Positions 26,317 to 34,958 of a stretch of 41,271 nucleotides of DNA are shown here, piece after piece. How positions within the stretch are numbered: position 1 is the stretch's first letter; every line of letters begins with the position of its first letter. The position numbers and the translations under genes are program-made. This DNA comes from a virus. Taxonomy: Duplodnaviria; Caudoviricetes. The stretch covers positions 1-41,271 of IMG/VR virus record IMGVR_UViG_3300005611_000068; one strand, 5' to 3'. The notes below the pieces were generated by a model. It was given only the letters and a program-made list of their open reading frames with translations, made no database searches and was not told where the DNA came from.

Positions 26317-28187
26317 TTTGCTTCTCCCCAACTTGGACCTGTTTCAACATCCACAACGAGGGGTACAGACATCTCGACGCAGTGTTCCATGATGTGTTGT
26401 ATTTGCAACTCATCCTGTTTATTTGCTACCGAGAAGTCCAACTCATCATGCACCTGTAGGTGTGGAAGGAACCCTTCTTTCCAAAGAAGCTGCATCGCTT
26501 TCTTAGTCATGTCCGCTGCGGATCCTTGAATAAGTCGATTCATCGCTTTATAAGTGAACGCTCTGCGAATGGCTCCGACACACTCTAGCTTCGCTTCCTC
26601 TGCTGAGTTGTAAAACTTCCGACTGCCAAACTGTGAAGGTTCCCATTTATCGAAGCGACACTTGCGACCGAGTAGAGTACGAATCGCTCCAGCCTGTGCC
26701 GCCTTCCGACTACAGAAGGTACTTAGTCCGCGCATGAACGGGACCTTTGCGTGATACTCAGCAAAGAGTTGTCCTGCTTCCTCGACCGTTAGCTCAAGTT
26801 CATTCGCTAACTTCTTCTGGCCCATACCGTATGCAAGTCCGAGGTTGATGTTCTTTGCTTGCTTACGAGTAATCCCCGCCATATCTGCAACCATCTGATG
26901 GAAGTCAGTATTGGGATCTTTGTTATACGCCTCAACAACATCTGCTGCGCCTTGTAGATTCAAGCGATGAGCATAATGGGCCGTGATTCGTGGTTCCTGT
27001 GCGGAATAGTCGAACGCCCCCCAATAGCACCCTTCTTCTGGAATGAATAGGCTGCGGATCATCTTACCGATCTCAGGGTCACGAGCAGGCACTTGTTGTA
27101 GGTTAGGGTTGGAGTAACTAAACCGACCGCTCACCGTACCACCATCGTCCGAGCGTAGCGGATGAAGTTCCGCGTGTATTCGACCTTCGGTGTGATGCTC
27201 TAGGATCATCTTCTCGATGAACGTAGTGCGTGCTTTGTTTAACTTACGCGCCTCGACAATAAGTTGAGGTAACTCATGTTTGTGAGACTCTAACCATGAT
27301 GCTTGAAAGCTAGGTGCGCCAGTCTTTTCAGTGCGAGGGTACGGTAGCCCTGCATTATCAAAGATCTCAGCCAGTGATGCGTTCGCCCATATCTGAGGCT
27401 CGACACCGTAGTCCCGCTTAATCTTCATAAAGATTTCAAGTTCACGGGCTTTCAGTTTTTTGGAGTACTCTTCTGCTCGATCCAAATCGACACGCACCCC
27501 TCTGGCTCGCATTTCAACCAGCATCGGAGTCAGTGAAGACTCTAGCTCAAAGATCTGCCACAGGTCTTGTTTTTCTAAATGGATCTTCAGCGTATTCCAT
27601 AGCTTCAAGGTCAACGCTGCATCTTGCTCGGCGTATGTGCCTACGAAGTTTGCAGGTAGTCGCCACATCTCAGACTTCGGATTAAAGCCGAGTGCTTCAG
27701 CTGCTTGAATCAGTAGCTTCTCGTCCTTCTTCTCGCCGAGGTAATCTTTACCGAGCGCATTAAGTGCATACGACCAGCGGTCTTCGTTAATCAACGGAGC
27801 TGCAACCATCGTATCAATAATGTTGTCGGTAATATGAACATCGACTGTCCGTAGCCAGCCGACGTCATACATGGCGTTATGAAACAGCTTCTGTGCTCCG
27901 GGGTTTCCATCCATCTGGTTCTTAAACCACCGCAGGACTTGCTTGCGATCAAGATTACCACCGCCTTCGTGAGCGATCGGAAAGTAACCCGACCATCCCT
28001 CGACTGCGACTGCAATACCGACCACCTCGCCTTCTTTCCGCGCCCAGCCCGGTCCACGGACCGTGAGGCTTGGGTCACGAGTTTCTAAGTCGATGGCAAT
28101 AAGTTTTTCTTTAGATAGGTCTGGAAACGAGTCCGGTGCTATCCAATCGCTTTCTGGTAGTTCCACGTTCTTCTTAGCCTTTGGCAC
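26313..28187 (-). CDS. polA: Family A DNA polymerase with 3'-5' exonuclease, no 5'-3' exonuclease
   Basis: DLET, HNAMYD, YAEQDA exo motifs; SGRFS..PNLQQ, DYSAQEPR, KNINLGLAYG, IQGSAAD, VHDEL. Confidence 0.95.
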   Translation of the reverse strand: MPKAKKNVELPESDWIAPDSFPDLSKEKLIAIDLETRDPSLTVRGPGWARKEGEVVGIAVAVEGWSGYFPIAHEGGGNLDRKQVLRWFKNQMDGNPGAQKLFHNAMYDVGWLRTVDVHITDNIIDTMVAAPLINEDRWSYALNALGKDYLGEKKDEKLLIQAAEALGFNPKSEMWRLPANFVGTYAEQDAALTLKLWNTLKIHLEKQDLWQIFELESSLTPMLVEMRARGVRVDLDRAEEYSKKLKARELEIFMKIKRDYGVEPQIWANASLAEIFDNAGLPYPRTEKTGAPSFQASWLESHKHELPQLIVEARKLNKARTTFIEKMILEHHTEGRIHAELHPLRSDDGGTVSGRFSYSNPNLQQVPARDPEIGKMIRSLFIPEEGCYWGAFDYSAQEPRITAHYAHRLNLQGAADVVEAYNKDPNTDFHQMVADMAGITRKQAKNINLGLAYGMGQKKLANELELTVEEAGQLFAEYHAKVPFMRGLSTFCSRKAAQAGAIRTLLGRKCRFDKWEPSQFGSRKFYNSAEEAKLECVGAIRRAFTYKAMNRLIQGSAADMTKKAMQLLWKEGFLPHLQVHDELDFSVANKQDELQIQHIMEHCVEMSVPLVVDVETGPSWGEAK

Positions 28188-28467
28188 GAGTAATCTCTTC
28201 TTCGACTAGCAACAGATAACGACGTAGATCTTGAATGTCATCGAGGATGCCTTCAGCGCGTGTATCTTTCTTATAGGTCTCAAAGATGTCCCAGCCGTTT
28301 GGTTTAACTTGGTTTTCGATACGGTCCCACTTACGAGCCAGCATCATGAATGCGCCTACACCACCACGCTGCTTCCAGCTATCGCCATAGGATTGACCAG
28401 CCTTAACCAAGGCTTCTTGATCTTTCAGAGCGATCTGCTTTACCCGCTCATAGTTTGTTGTTGACAT
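28174..28467 (-). CDS. Nucleotide-modification-associated domain 1 (Nmad1/DUF1599-like) protein
   Basis: YGDSW..RG..G....LARKWDRI...DxxxDLxxY motif; GGAGG RBS. Confidence 0.65.
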   Translation of the reverse strand: MSTTNYERVKQIALKDQEALVKAGQSYGDSWKQRGGVGAFMMLARKWDRIENQVKPNGWDIFETYKKDTRAEGILDDIQDLRRYLLLVEEEITRAKG

Positions 28468-28624
28468 ACTTGTCCTCCAGTTCATATGTAATTTGTTTAG
28501 CGTGTTCCGCTATATCATCTAGCTCATAGCACTTCTTGCTTGGATCTTGTTGTAAAACTAGAACCTTCTTAGCCATGCAAAGTGCTACATCTAGGATCTC
28601 CTCAATGCTGTGATTTCTCGTCAT
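28448..28624 (-). CDS. Hypothetical protein (58 aa, not in ORF track)
   Basis: MTRNHSIEEILDVALCMAKK...YVNNKL; fills the gap between TS-like and Nmad1 genes. Confidence 0.45.
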   Translation of the reverse strand: MTRNHSIEEILDVALCMAKKVLVLQQDPSKKCYELDDIAEHAKQITYELEDKYVNNKL

Positions 28625-29588
28625 AGTTCTTCCTTCTTCTTTCTAACCACTGTACGCAAGCGATACGCCAATCCGGTGCTTTACAAAGTGCCATCGTTTC
28701 TAGCGCACCGTCGTAATCTCTAGCTTGGTGTAAACGATAAGATAATGCCATCGGAATCGCTACATCTGAGAAGAAGGTGTTCTCGAAGTTGAAGGCCCAG
28801 TTTTCATCCATGAACATGCTTAGTTCATAGAGCCATGTATCGGTGTCCTTTACCAATGGATAAGGAACGATGCTCTCATACTCGTAGGGGTTATGTAGAT
28901 CCTTCTGAATATGCATAACACGCTTGTATAGATCGTTGTCGTAGACGTGCAGGCTATCGCTAATCTGATTGTAGACACCAACGTCCACACCGATCATTGC
29001 AGCCATATATTCTTGTAGTACTGAGAAGTGAACTGCATTAGCACCATACGCACCCCAGATCATATCGTTGGAGCGATTACATACGGTCATGTTTAACTTA
29101 CCACGACGCACCTTGAAAAAGATGTGAGTATTACAAGGCTGATCTTTTGTATCGAGGTCTAGATCGTGACGCACGTCCCACATGCCGACCACACATCGGC
29201 GATCGTTCGGATCGTTACGCAACCGCTTTATGACAATAGCAAGCTGATTACGATCAAAGTGATGGATCCACCGATAACCATAAGCACCATTAAAAGTCTG
29301 TCCATCATCGGAAAACTGCTCCATGGTTTTGACGTAGTCCGTTAGATACTTAACATCGTTGCGGCCTGCAAGCATCCAAAGGCTTTCCATCAGATGAAAG
29401 AATGGGTTAGCGTCACGCTCTGGGTAGAATAAAACTCGCTCTGTTGGCTTGAAGTATGTTGTAGTAACTGGCTCTATGAATTCTATGGTATTACCGTTGC
29501 GGCTACGCTGGTAATCTCCTCTTCCTTTAATTGCATCTAGTCCGAGGAATAGTGCCTCTTGCACATTTCGTGCACGTATCGTGATCAT
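28602..29588 (-). CDS. Thymidylate synthase homolog, probable dUMP hydroxymethylase
   Basis: SRNG, RDANPFFH, GAYGYRW, DRR, PCN catalytic Cys, RSND..WG...N (Asn = dUMP-type), SLHVY. Confidence 0.85.
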   Translation of the reverse strand: MITIRARNVQEALFLGLDAIKGRGDYQRSRNGNTIEFIEPVTTTYFKPTERVLFYPERDANPFFHLMESLWMLAGRNDVKYLTDYVKTMEQFSDDGQTFNGAYGYRWIHHFDRNQLAIVIKRLRNDPNDRRCVVGMWDVRHDLDLDTKDQPCNTHIFFKVRRGKLNMTVCNRSNDMIWGAYGANAVHFSVLQEYMAAMIGVDVGVYNQISDSLHVYDNDLYKRVMHIQKDLHNPYEYESIVPYPLVKDTDTWLYELSMFMDENWAFNFENTFFSDVAIPMALSYRLHQARDYDGALETMALCKAPDWRIACVQWLERRRKNYDEKSQH

Positions 29589-29609
29589 AATTACTCCTTT
29601 GATTAAAGC

Positions 29610-29775
29610 GCCCCGTATCGTGGGGCTTACGGTCGGTTCCCAGTTACATGCTGTTTCGGAGGACTAGCCACCAAGGAGAACTGTGCCGACGGTGTGGGTT
29701 TTCAGGGATATGAAACCTACGGCACTCCACACCCACCGCCGCTACTGGTCAAAACGTACTAAAAACCCCAGTAGC
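29610..29775 (-). ncRNA. Candidate structured intergenic/leader RNA
   Basis: Complementary pairs 29741-48/29768-75, 29683-88/29720-25, 29691-97/29727-33, 29610-14/29622-26. Confidence 0.35.
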
Positions 29776-30617
29776 TATTGACAGCCATCATATTTACAAC
29801 GAGTACTGCCTTCACCATTTTCTATTCGCAGATATTTATCGAACTCACAACAGAGTCCTTCTGCGTCTCGCATTTCAAAAGGTCGTACATAGTCTGCACT
29901 GTGATCGTTGATAAACTTCATCAACTCTTGTAGCTCAGACTGCCAGTCATGTTTCTTACTGGTGTATTTCAAGTCTCTACCGTGAAGTCTATTTAGTCCA
30001 CGCATACATCCGGGTCCGGGATTCGCCCACGTCAGAATATCGTCTGCGTCTTCTAGCACATGGGTATGTCGTAGATCGGTAATTACTTCATACGCCATGA
30101 ACGGTCCCATGTATGGAAACTCTTTCAATATGTCCCAAGACTTTTGCAGATTTTTAATAGAAAGTATCGTCTTATACAGGTCTTTCCGCGCTGGCCACAT
30201 CTGATCAATCGCCCATCGGATACCGGTTAGCTTGTCGTAACCGTTCGGCGACTTGATTACATAGGCTGAAGTAATCCACTTTGGTTGTGGTCGGATCATA
30301 CGATCCGCTAACTCTGAATCCCAAAGGGTGTACAGCTTATGTCTCAATAGCGTTTCGCCTGTCTCGATAAGATTAAACCAGCGGAAGATCACAATAGCCA
30401 TTAGCACATCAGGATTGTTGCGCAAAGGTTCACGCACATTCTCTCGAAGCCAACGGGTATTGCGATCATCCTCACGGAAGACATTGCAAAACTTATGTGT
30501 CTGCAATATACGATCCGTGGTCCACGGTTTAGGACTCTGGTTTACCTCTTTCTCGATACGAATACGCTCTCGCTCATTAACCCAATACAGAGCCTTTTCA
30601 AGCTTATCTGAAAGCAT
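29775..30617 (-). CDS. aGPT-Pplase1 family / 5-hmdU DNA kinase (helical domain)
   Basis: ERERIR...PWTxDxIL..KFCNVFREDDR...FRWFN...GPFMAYEVITDL...GPGxxRGL...EGLCCEFDKY. Confidence 0.8.
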   Translation of the reverse strand: MLSDKLEKALYWVNERERIRIEKEVNQSPKPWTTDRILQTHKFCNVFREDDRNTRWLRENVREPLRNNPDVLMAIVIFRWFNLIETGETLLRHKLYTLWDSELADRMIRPQPKWITSAYVIKSPNGYDKLTGIRWAIDQMWPARKDLYKTILSIKNLQKSWDILKEFPYMGPFMAYEVITDLRHTHVLEDADDILTWANPGPGCMRGLNRLHGRDLKYTSKKHDWQSELQELMKFINDHSADYVRPFEMRDAEGLCCEFDKYLRIENGEGSTRCKYDGCQ

Positions 30618-31453
30618 TACTTCTTCCTAAGTACCCAGCCTGCGTTGTTCGAAACTTCTGGGTAAGGCATCGCAAGAATCATTCGCTGCCATTGCTTACC
30701 GAAGCGTTCCATGATCATGTCTACTTGGTCAGGGGACCATCGTCCATGCAGCTTTTGAGCCTTTTTGAAATTGGGCAGCTGTATAAAGTTTCCAACGACG
30801 GATTTGATCTCAAAGTACTTATCAAGCAAGTCTCGCAGCTCTTGGAATCCCCACTCGTAGACGTGGTCTTCTGGCAGTTTTTCATTACTACCGTCGTGGT
30901 TCGGTGTGGAGACGTAGGCAAGTCCACCGGGGCGAAGTACTCTGGCGGCTTCTGCGATCCATGGTTCGATGAACTCTCGACCCATGTGTTCGATAACTTC
31001 TGTCGTGTAGAAGAAATCAATATATTCGTCTTCGAGAGCCAGCTTTGGATTCGTCGTGAGGTCTTGAATGCGAACCTCGCCATTAATCGTCTTAAACCAT
31101 GCGCTGTCATGGATGTCTTCTCCACCGTTAGGCCAATACGGATGTTCCTGCTGGCAGGCTGGATCGATGTCATACCCAACATAATGTTGGACCACGTCCG
31201 CCTTCTTTACGGTGTAGGCTTTGTATAGCACACGCATCGGCCATACCTCGCCGCAACCGATCTCTAGGATACGGATCGGGCGACCAAGTGCCTTAGACTC
31301 TTCGATAGCCATTGTTACCATCTTGTCATAGCGACTCATGTGAGTCAGCTCATCTGGACGCCAGTTGCCAAGGACTCCGGCAGAGGCCAGATCCATGCGA
31401 GTATTTTTGGAATCGTTGATGTTTTCTTTCAGCTTTCTGCGAATAGATGCCAT
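30617..31453 (-). CDS. Class I SAM-dependent methyltransferase
   Basis: ILEIGCG, GYDID, TEVIEHM, LRPGG..STPN, HVYEW; TAATG-coupled to kinase gene. Confidence 0.85.
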   Translation of the reverse strand: MASIRRKLKENINDSKNTRMDLASAGVLGNWRPDELTHMSRYDKMVTMAIEESKALGRPIRILEIGCGEVWPMRVLYKAYTVKKADVVQHYVGYDIDPACQQEHPYWPNGGEDIHDSAWFKTINGEVRIQDLTTNPKLALEDEYIDFFYTTEVIEHMGREFIEPWIAEAARVLRPGGLAYVSTPNHDGSNEKLPEDHVYEWGFQELRDLLDKYFEIKSVVGNFIQLPNFKKAQKLHGRWSPDQVDMIMERFGKQWQRMILAMPYPEVSNNAGWVLRKK

Positions 31454-31472
31454 GCATCCTCCTGTTAAAGTG

Positions 31473-31492
31473 CGTGGGGCCGAAGCCCCACG
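31473..31492 (-). other. C(UUCG)G hairpin without long U-tract
   Basis: CGTGGGGC-TTCG-GCCCCACG directly after wHTH paralog D. Confidence 0.55.
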
Positions 31493-31502
31493 AGGGTTTC
31501 GA

Positions 31503-31769
31503 TTATTCCACTACGATCCAGCCCTTCTGGAGCAATTGACGGCGGTAAAATTTCCATACCTTGCGGGGGTGCTGCTTAGTTGACAGAACGCTTTGCAGCT
31601 TCTGAAACAGCTCACCAAGCGGCATCTTTCCACCGTTGTCGTCCAGAGTGAACAAAATGTCACGCATTTGCGGCGACACCTTATCACTTTGTTCTGGGAC
31701 CAGTTTGAGAACAATCATTGCATCATCCTTCAGACGCTTACCGTGAAGGGGGTGATGTTCTTTAGACAT
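31503..31769 (-). CDS. wHTH-like protein, paralog D
   Basis: PQMRDILFTLDDNGG...TKQHPRKVWKFYRRQLLQKGWI aligns with 23290-23625. Confidence 0.75.
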   Translation of the reverse strand: MSKEHHPLHGKRLKDDAMIVLKLVPEQSDKVSPQMRDILFTLDDNGGKMPLGELFQKLQSVLSTKQHPRKVWKFYRRQLLQKGWIVVE

Positions 31770-31799
31770 AAGAGTCTCCTTATCGAATTGTCAAGTAGG

Positions 31800-31858
31800 C
31801 TCTACTTTCTCTTACCTACCGCCCTATTATAGCCCCCAAGGGCAAGAACGTAAAGGCA
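31800..31858 (-). promoter_or_regulatory. Repeated promoter GCCTTTACG-17-TATAAT
   Basis: Heads the paralog D-MTase-kinase-TS operon; GAGAAAGTAGAG inside GTAGG/CCTAC hairpin. Confidence 0.75.
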
Positions 31859-31864
31859 AAAACT

Positions 31865-33373
31865 TTATAGCGGAAAGTATTTTTCCGTGGTTGGTTCGAT
31901 GAGATGCAGACTTTTCTTAGCCCGCGTCAATGCAACATACATAACTCTGGTCTCATCGTCCGGATTACGCTCAAAACTTTTGAAAGTCTTGCCGGAAAGA
32001 TCGGTCAGCACCATCACATGGTCTGCCTCCCCACCTTTTGCACCGTGAATGGTCGACAGTTTGATACGGGGCTTCTTGGTAATTTCCTCGCCTCTTCTAA
32101 GCATTGCGGCTAGATAGCTGCGCTCGGCTACGGTAAGCCCGTTGAGGCTGTCTTCCCAACTCCCCTCTACCTTTACGTCATAGTGCTGCTTAAGCTGGCG
32201 TAACGAGAGCCGTGTTTCAGGGTCCGCGTTCTCCAGATCTTTGACCTTGGTCCCCCGGATATAGGTTAAGCAATTCTTAACCTCTCCAACGCTTAGGGAC
32301 TCACCAGAGATTAACCGCTGCCACTCTTTGATCGCAAGAATCTTTTTCTCAGCGATACTGTTTCGACCCCGACGTTCAAAGAAGTAGCCCTCCTCACGAC
32401 AGAACGTATCCAGCTTATCCAAGTGGTAGTTCGATCTTGCAAGAAGCAGCCACGACCCATCGTGAAGGTCTACGTTTTCGTAATACGGATCGTGAATAAT
32501 CGCCCCTTCCTCCCGTTTCGCTTTCCACTCTTTAGGGACGCGATTGCTCACTCTTTTGATAACAGAGTCCGAAAGGTCGTGAATAGTCTTTGGAATACGG
32601 TAGGACTGGTCGAGGACAGTGGCTCGTCCACGTGAGAGATTAACAAAGTAGTCCACGTCTGCACCAGCCCAGCGAAAGATGGCCTGATCATCGTCCCCCG
32701 CGATATAAACCCGGTCAGAGTTTTGTGCAATCTTGTGTACCACCTGCCATTGCAGCGGACTTAGGTCCTGCGCCTCATCAATAAAAACCACATCAAATTT
32801 TGGGCACACCCCTTGTGCAACAAAGTCTACGAGCATGTCCGTAAAGTCACGAACCAACATACGATCTTTATAGTTGCGTAACGCCCGTGAGATGCGCTCA
32901 AGCTGAAACCAATCTACATTCCACTCGTTATTGTGGTCATGTTCATCGTAGATCTGACGTAAAGGAATCATTCGCATTCTTGCGAGGTTATCCATAACAA
33001 GTAACTGTTCGTCACGGCTCATGTTCCATGAACCTGCTTCCTCGGATGCAAGTGATCCTGTTAGACGAAGCCCAAGATCCTCACCAAATTCTTTGAAGTT
33101 TGCTGCGGACATAACCACTTCACGAGTTAGCCCCAACTCTTGAAAGCAAAACGAATGCAGTGTTCTAAAGTATGGAAGCTGTTTTGGAGCCAGCTCAAAC
33201 TTTTCCATCGCACGATCACGGCCTTCCGTCGCAGCTTTCTTAGTAAACGCGAAGTAACCAATACGTTCAGGATAAGTACCTGAGTCTAACTCCTTCTCGA
33301 TTAGGTGCATCAGAGTCGTCGTCTTTCCTGTACCCGGAGGTCCAAGGATGATGGACCATTTATCTGGTGTCAT
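31865..33373 (-). CDS. SF1 UvrD/Rep-like helicase
   Basis: GPPGTGKT, AFTKKAA, TLHS, IDEAQD, GDDDQAIF, SYR, STIHGAKGGEAD, YVALTRA. Confidence 0.92.
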   Translation of the reverse strand: MTPDKWSIILGPPGTGKTTTLMHLIEKELDSGTYPERIGYFAFTKKAATEGRDRAMEKFELAPKQLPYFRTLHSFCFQELGLTREVVMSAANFKEFGEDLGLRLTGSLASEEAGSWNMSRDEQLLVMDNLARMRMIPLRQIYDEHDHNNEWNVDWFQLERISRALRNYKDRMLVRDFTDMLVDFVAQGVCPKFDVVFIDEAQDLSPLQWQVVHKIAQNSDRVYIAGDDDQAIFRWAGADVDYFVNLSRGRATVLDQSYRIPKTIHDLSDSVIKRVSNRVPKEWKAKREEGAIIHDPYYENVDLHDGSWLLLARSNYHLDKLDTFCREEGYFFERRGRNSIAEKKILAIKEWQRLISGESLSVGEVKNCLTYIRGTKVKDLENADPETRLSLRQLKQHYDVKVEGSWEDSLNGLTVAERSYLAAMLRRGEEITKKPRIKLSTIHGAKGGEADHVMVLTDLSGKTFKSFERNPDDETRVMYVALTRAKKSLHLIEPTTEKYFPL

Positions 33374-34911
33374 ATTGGACTTTCCTCCATCGTTTCAGGA
33401 AGCGTGTATGGACCATCAATCAAAGCGTACTCAGGTACTCGCCAAAGATTCACACCCTTACCTTTGATATTAAAGAACCCTTTCGCAGCCTTCGCATCGT
33501 TATTGTTCATCGCAATAATTCGAGCAGTAATCTGTGTTCGAGTGTAGTCCTTAAAGTTGTTTCGTGTTAGAAACGCCTGTAGATCTTTAAGTCGGAAGTA
33601 TGTATAACCGTCCTCGGACCATGGTTTACCGAGCATGATCTCATCCTTGTTCTTCGCTTGTGAGCGATCAGTACAGAAGGATTCAAGCAACTCGTGAAAC
33701 TGACCTTCAGTCGATACTTCGTTAGACACTTCGATCAGCTCAACGTTATCTAATAGTTGCTGCACAACCTGCTGCCATGTTGGTGGCTTAAGCACCGGAG
33801 GCATACGGTTCAGAGCATTCATACACTTGCGCTGAAAGCGTTGCTGATTTTGAAGATCTTCGGTCTCAAGTTCTAAACGACCATCCTCAACATCCAAGAA
33901 CCAGATTGGTGGATCCGACTCAAACTTGGATAGCGTACCGAACATCGGCATGCCACCAGTAGATCCGATGCCATACTTTCGAGTACGACATAAGGCTGAG
34001 TTGCAATGATTTACAAGAGGCTGTTCATTACAACGATAACCATACTCTTTATTCTTTAACGTCTTTTGCAGCGTTAGTATTTCCGTCGCCGCCAGTGGTG
34101 GCTGCATGTGGTCTCGGTTGATCTCTTCGATCTTAGTGTGCCAGTCATCCGGGAACCTACGCTTGAGATAAACCCCGATGTTAAAGAGGCCATTGTTCCG
34201 AGTGCCTTGAGGAAACCCTTGCTGTGCGAGGTGGACCAAGCATGGAGGTCCTTCTTCCAACCATTCGACTTCATCGACCTGTACCTTTATCTTGAGCTTC
34301 TTAAACTGTTCGTGTGTTACCTTGTGGCTTTCAGCTCGTTCAAGGAACTCGTCTACGGATAATGCATCACCGTTATCGTCAAGTGCATATCTTGTAGTGC
34401 TATCACCTGCGAAGTATGGCATGTTCAAACAGTTGCCACGATCCCCGCGCTCAAGAAGGAGTTTAGTCTGTTTTGGAAAAATCTCTGCTTGACCCTGACC
34501 AATACCTGCTGCGATCTCTCGCAACTTATTCTGCATCTTTCGTGCAGCGATCGGTGAAGTCATGAACAGATAGATGTGCGCTCCGCCGCTCTTACTACGG
34601 CAGATCGTCATCGGTAGTTCTAAATCGTTCAGTTGTTTAGCCAGACTCTTGAGGTCTAGCTGGTAATCATCGATATCTATTGCACCCCAAAAACATGAGT
34701 TGTCCTCACGGATTGGTACGATGCCTATTGACTGCTCTCCAGATAAGTGTTTTTCCCATAATTCTAGTACTCGCTCCTCGGATAAATCTTCCGAGACCAT
34801 CACCATGCGCCCTTGCCGCTTCCCGTCTGCTCTTTCTTCTCCGGCAGTAAATTTACCGTAGGCTTTCGTTAGACCGGCAAGGAGAGATGCGAATCGCTCC
34901 GCATACGTCAT
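33370..34911 (-). CDS. Primase-like protein (AEP-type with PriCT-like domain)
   Basis: GAIDID, RSKSGGAH, EIFPKQ, GN.LNMPY, PPC...GTRNNGLF. Confidence 0.7.
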   Translation of the reverse strand: MTYAERFASLLAGLTKAYGKFTAGEERADGKRQGRMVMVSEDLSEERVLELWEKHLSGEQSIGIVPIREDNSCFWGAIDIDDYQLDLKSLAKQLNDLELPMTICRSKSGGAHIYLFMTSPIAARKMQNKLREIAAGIGQGQAEIFPKQTKLLLERGDRGNCLNMPYFAGDSTTRYALDDNGDALSVDEFLERAESHKVTHEQFKKLKIKVQVDEVEWLEEGPPCLVHLAQQGFPQGTRNNGLFNIGVYLKRRFPDDWHTKIEEINRDHMQPPLAATEILTLQKTLKNKEYGYRCNEQPLVNHCNSALCRTRKYGIGSTGGMPMFGTLSKFESDPPIWFLDVEDGRLELETEDLQNQQRFQRKCMNALNRMPPVLKPPTWQQVVQQLLDNVELIEVSNEVSTEGQFHELLESFCTDRSQAKNKDEIMLGKPWSEDGYTYFRLKDLQAFLTRNNFKDYTRTQITARIIAMNNNDAKAAKGFFNIKGKGVNLWRVPEYALIDGPYTLPETMEESPI

Positions 34912-34925
34912 AAACTCTCCTTTGG

Positions 34926-34952
34926 AAAAAGGGCGACTCCGAAGAGCCGCCC
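34926..34952 (-). terminator. Intrinsic terminator
   Basis: GGGCGGCTC-TTCG-GAGTCGCCC-T5. Confidence 0.8.
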
Positions 34953-34958
34953 CGCCGA

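Noticed and set aside
28602-29588. dCMP hydroxymethylase or plain thyA call
   Set aside because: The specificity residue is Asn (dUMP-type), and the adjacent aGPT-Pplase1 gene favours dUMP hydroxymethylase. Plain TS activity is not strictly excluded.
30617-31453. Restriction-type DNA methyltransferase
   Set aside because: No DPPY/NPPY or PC motif. It looks like a small-molecule class I MTase.
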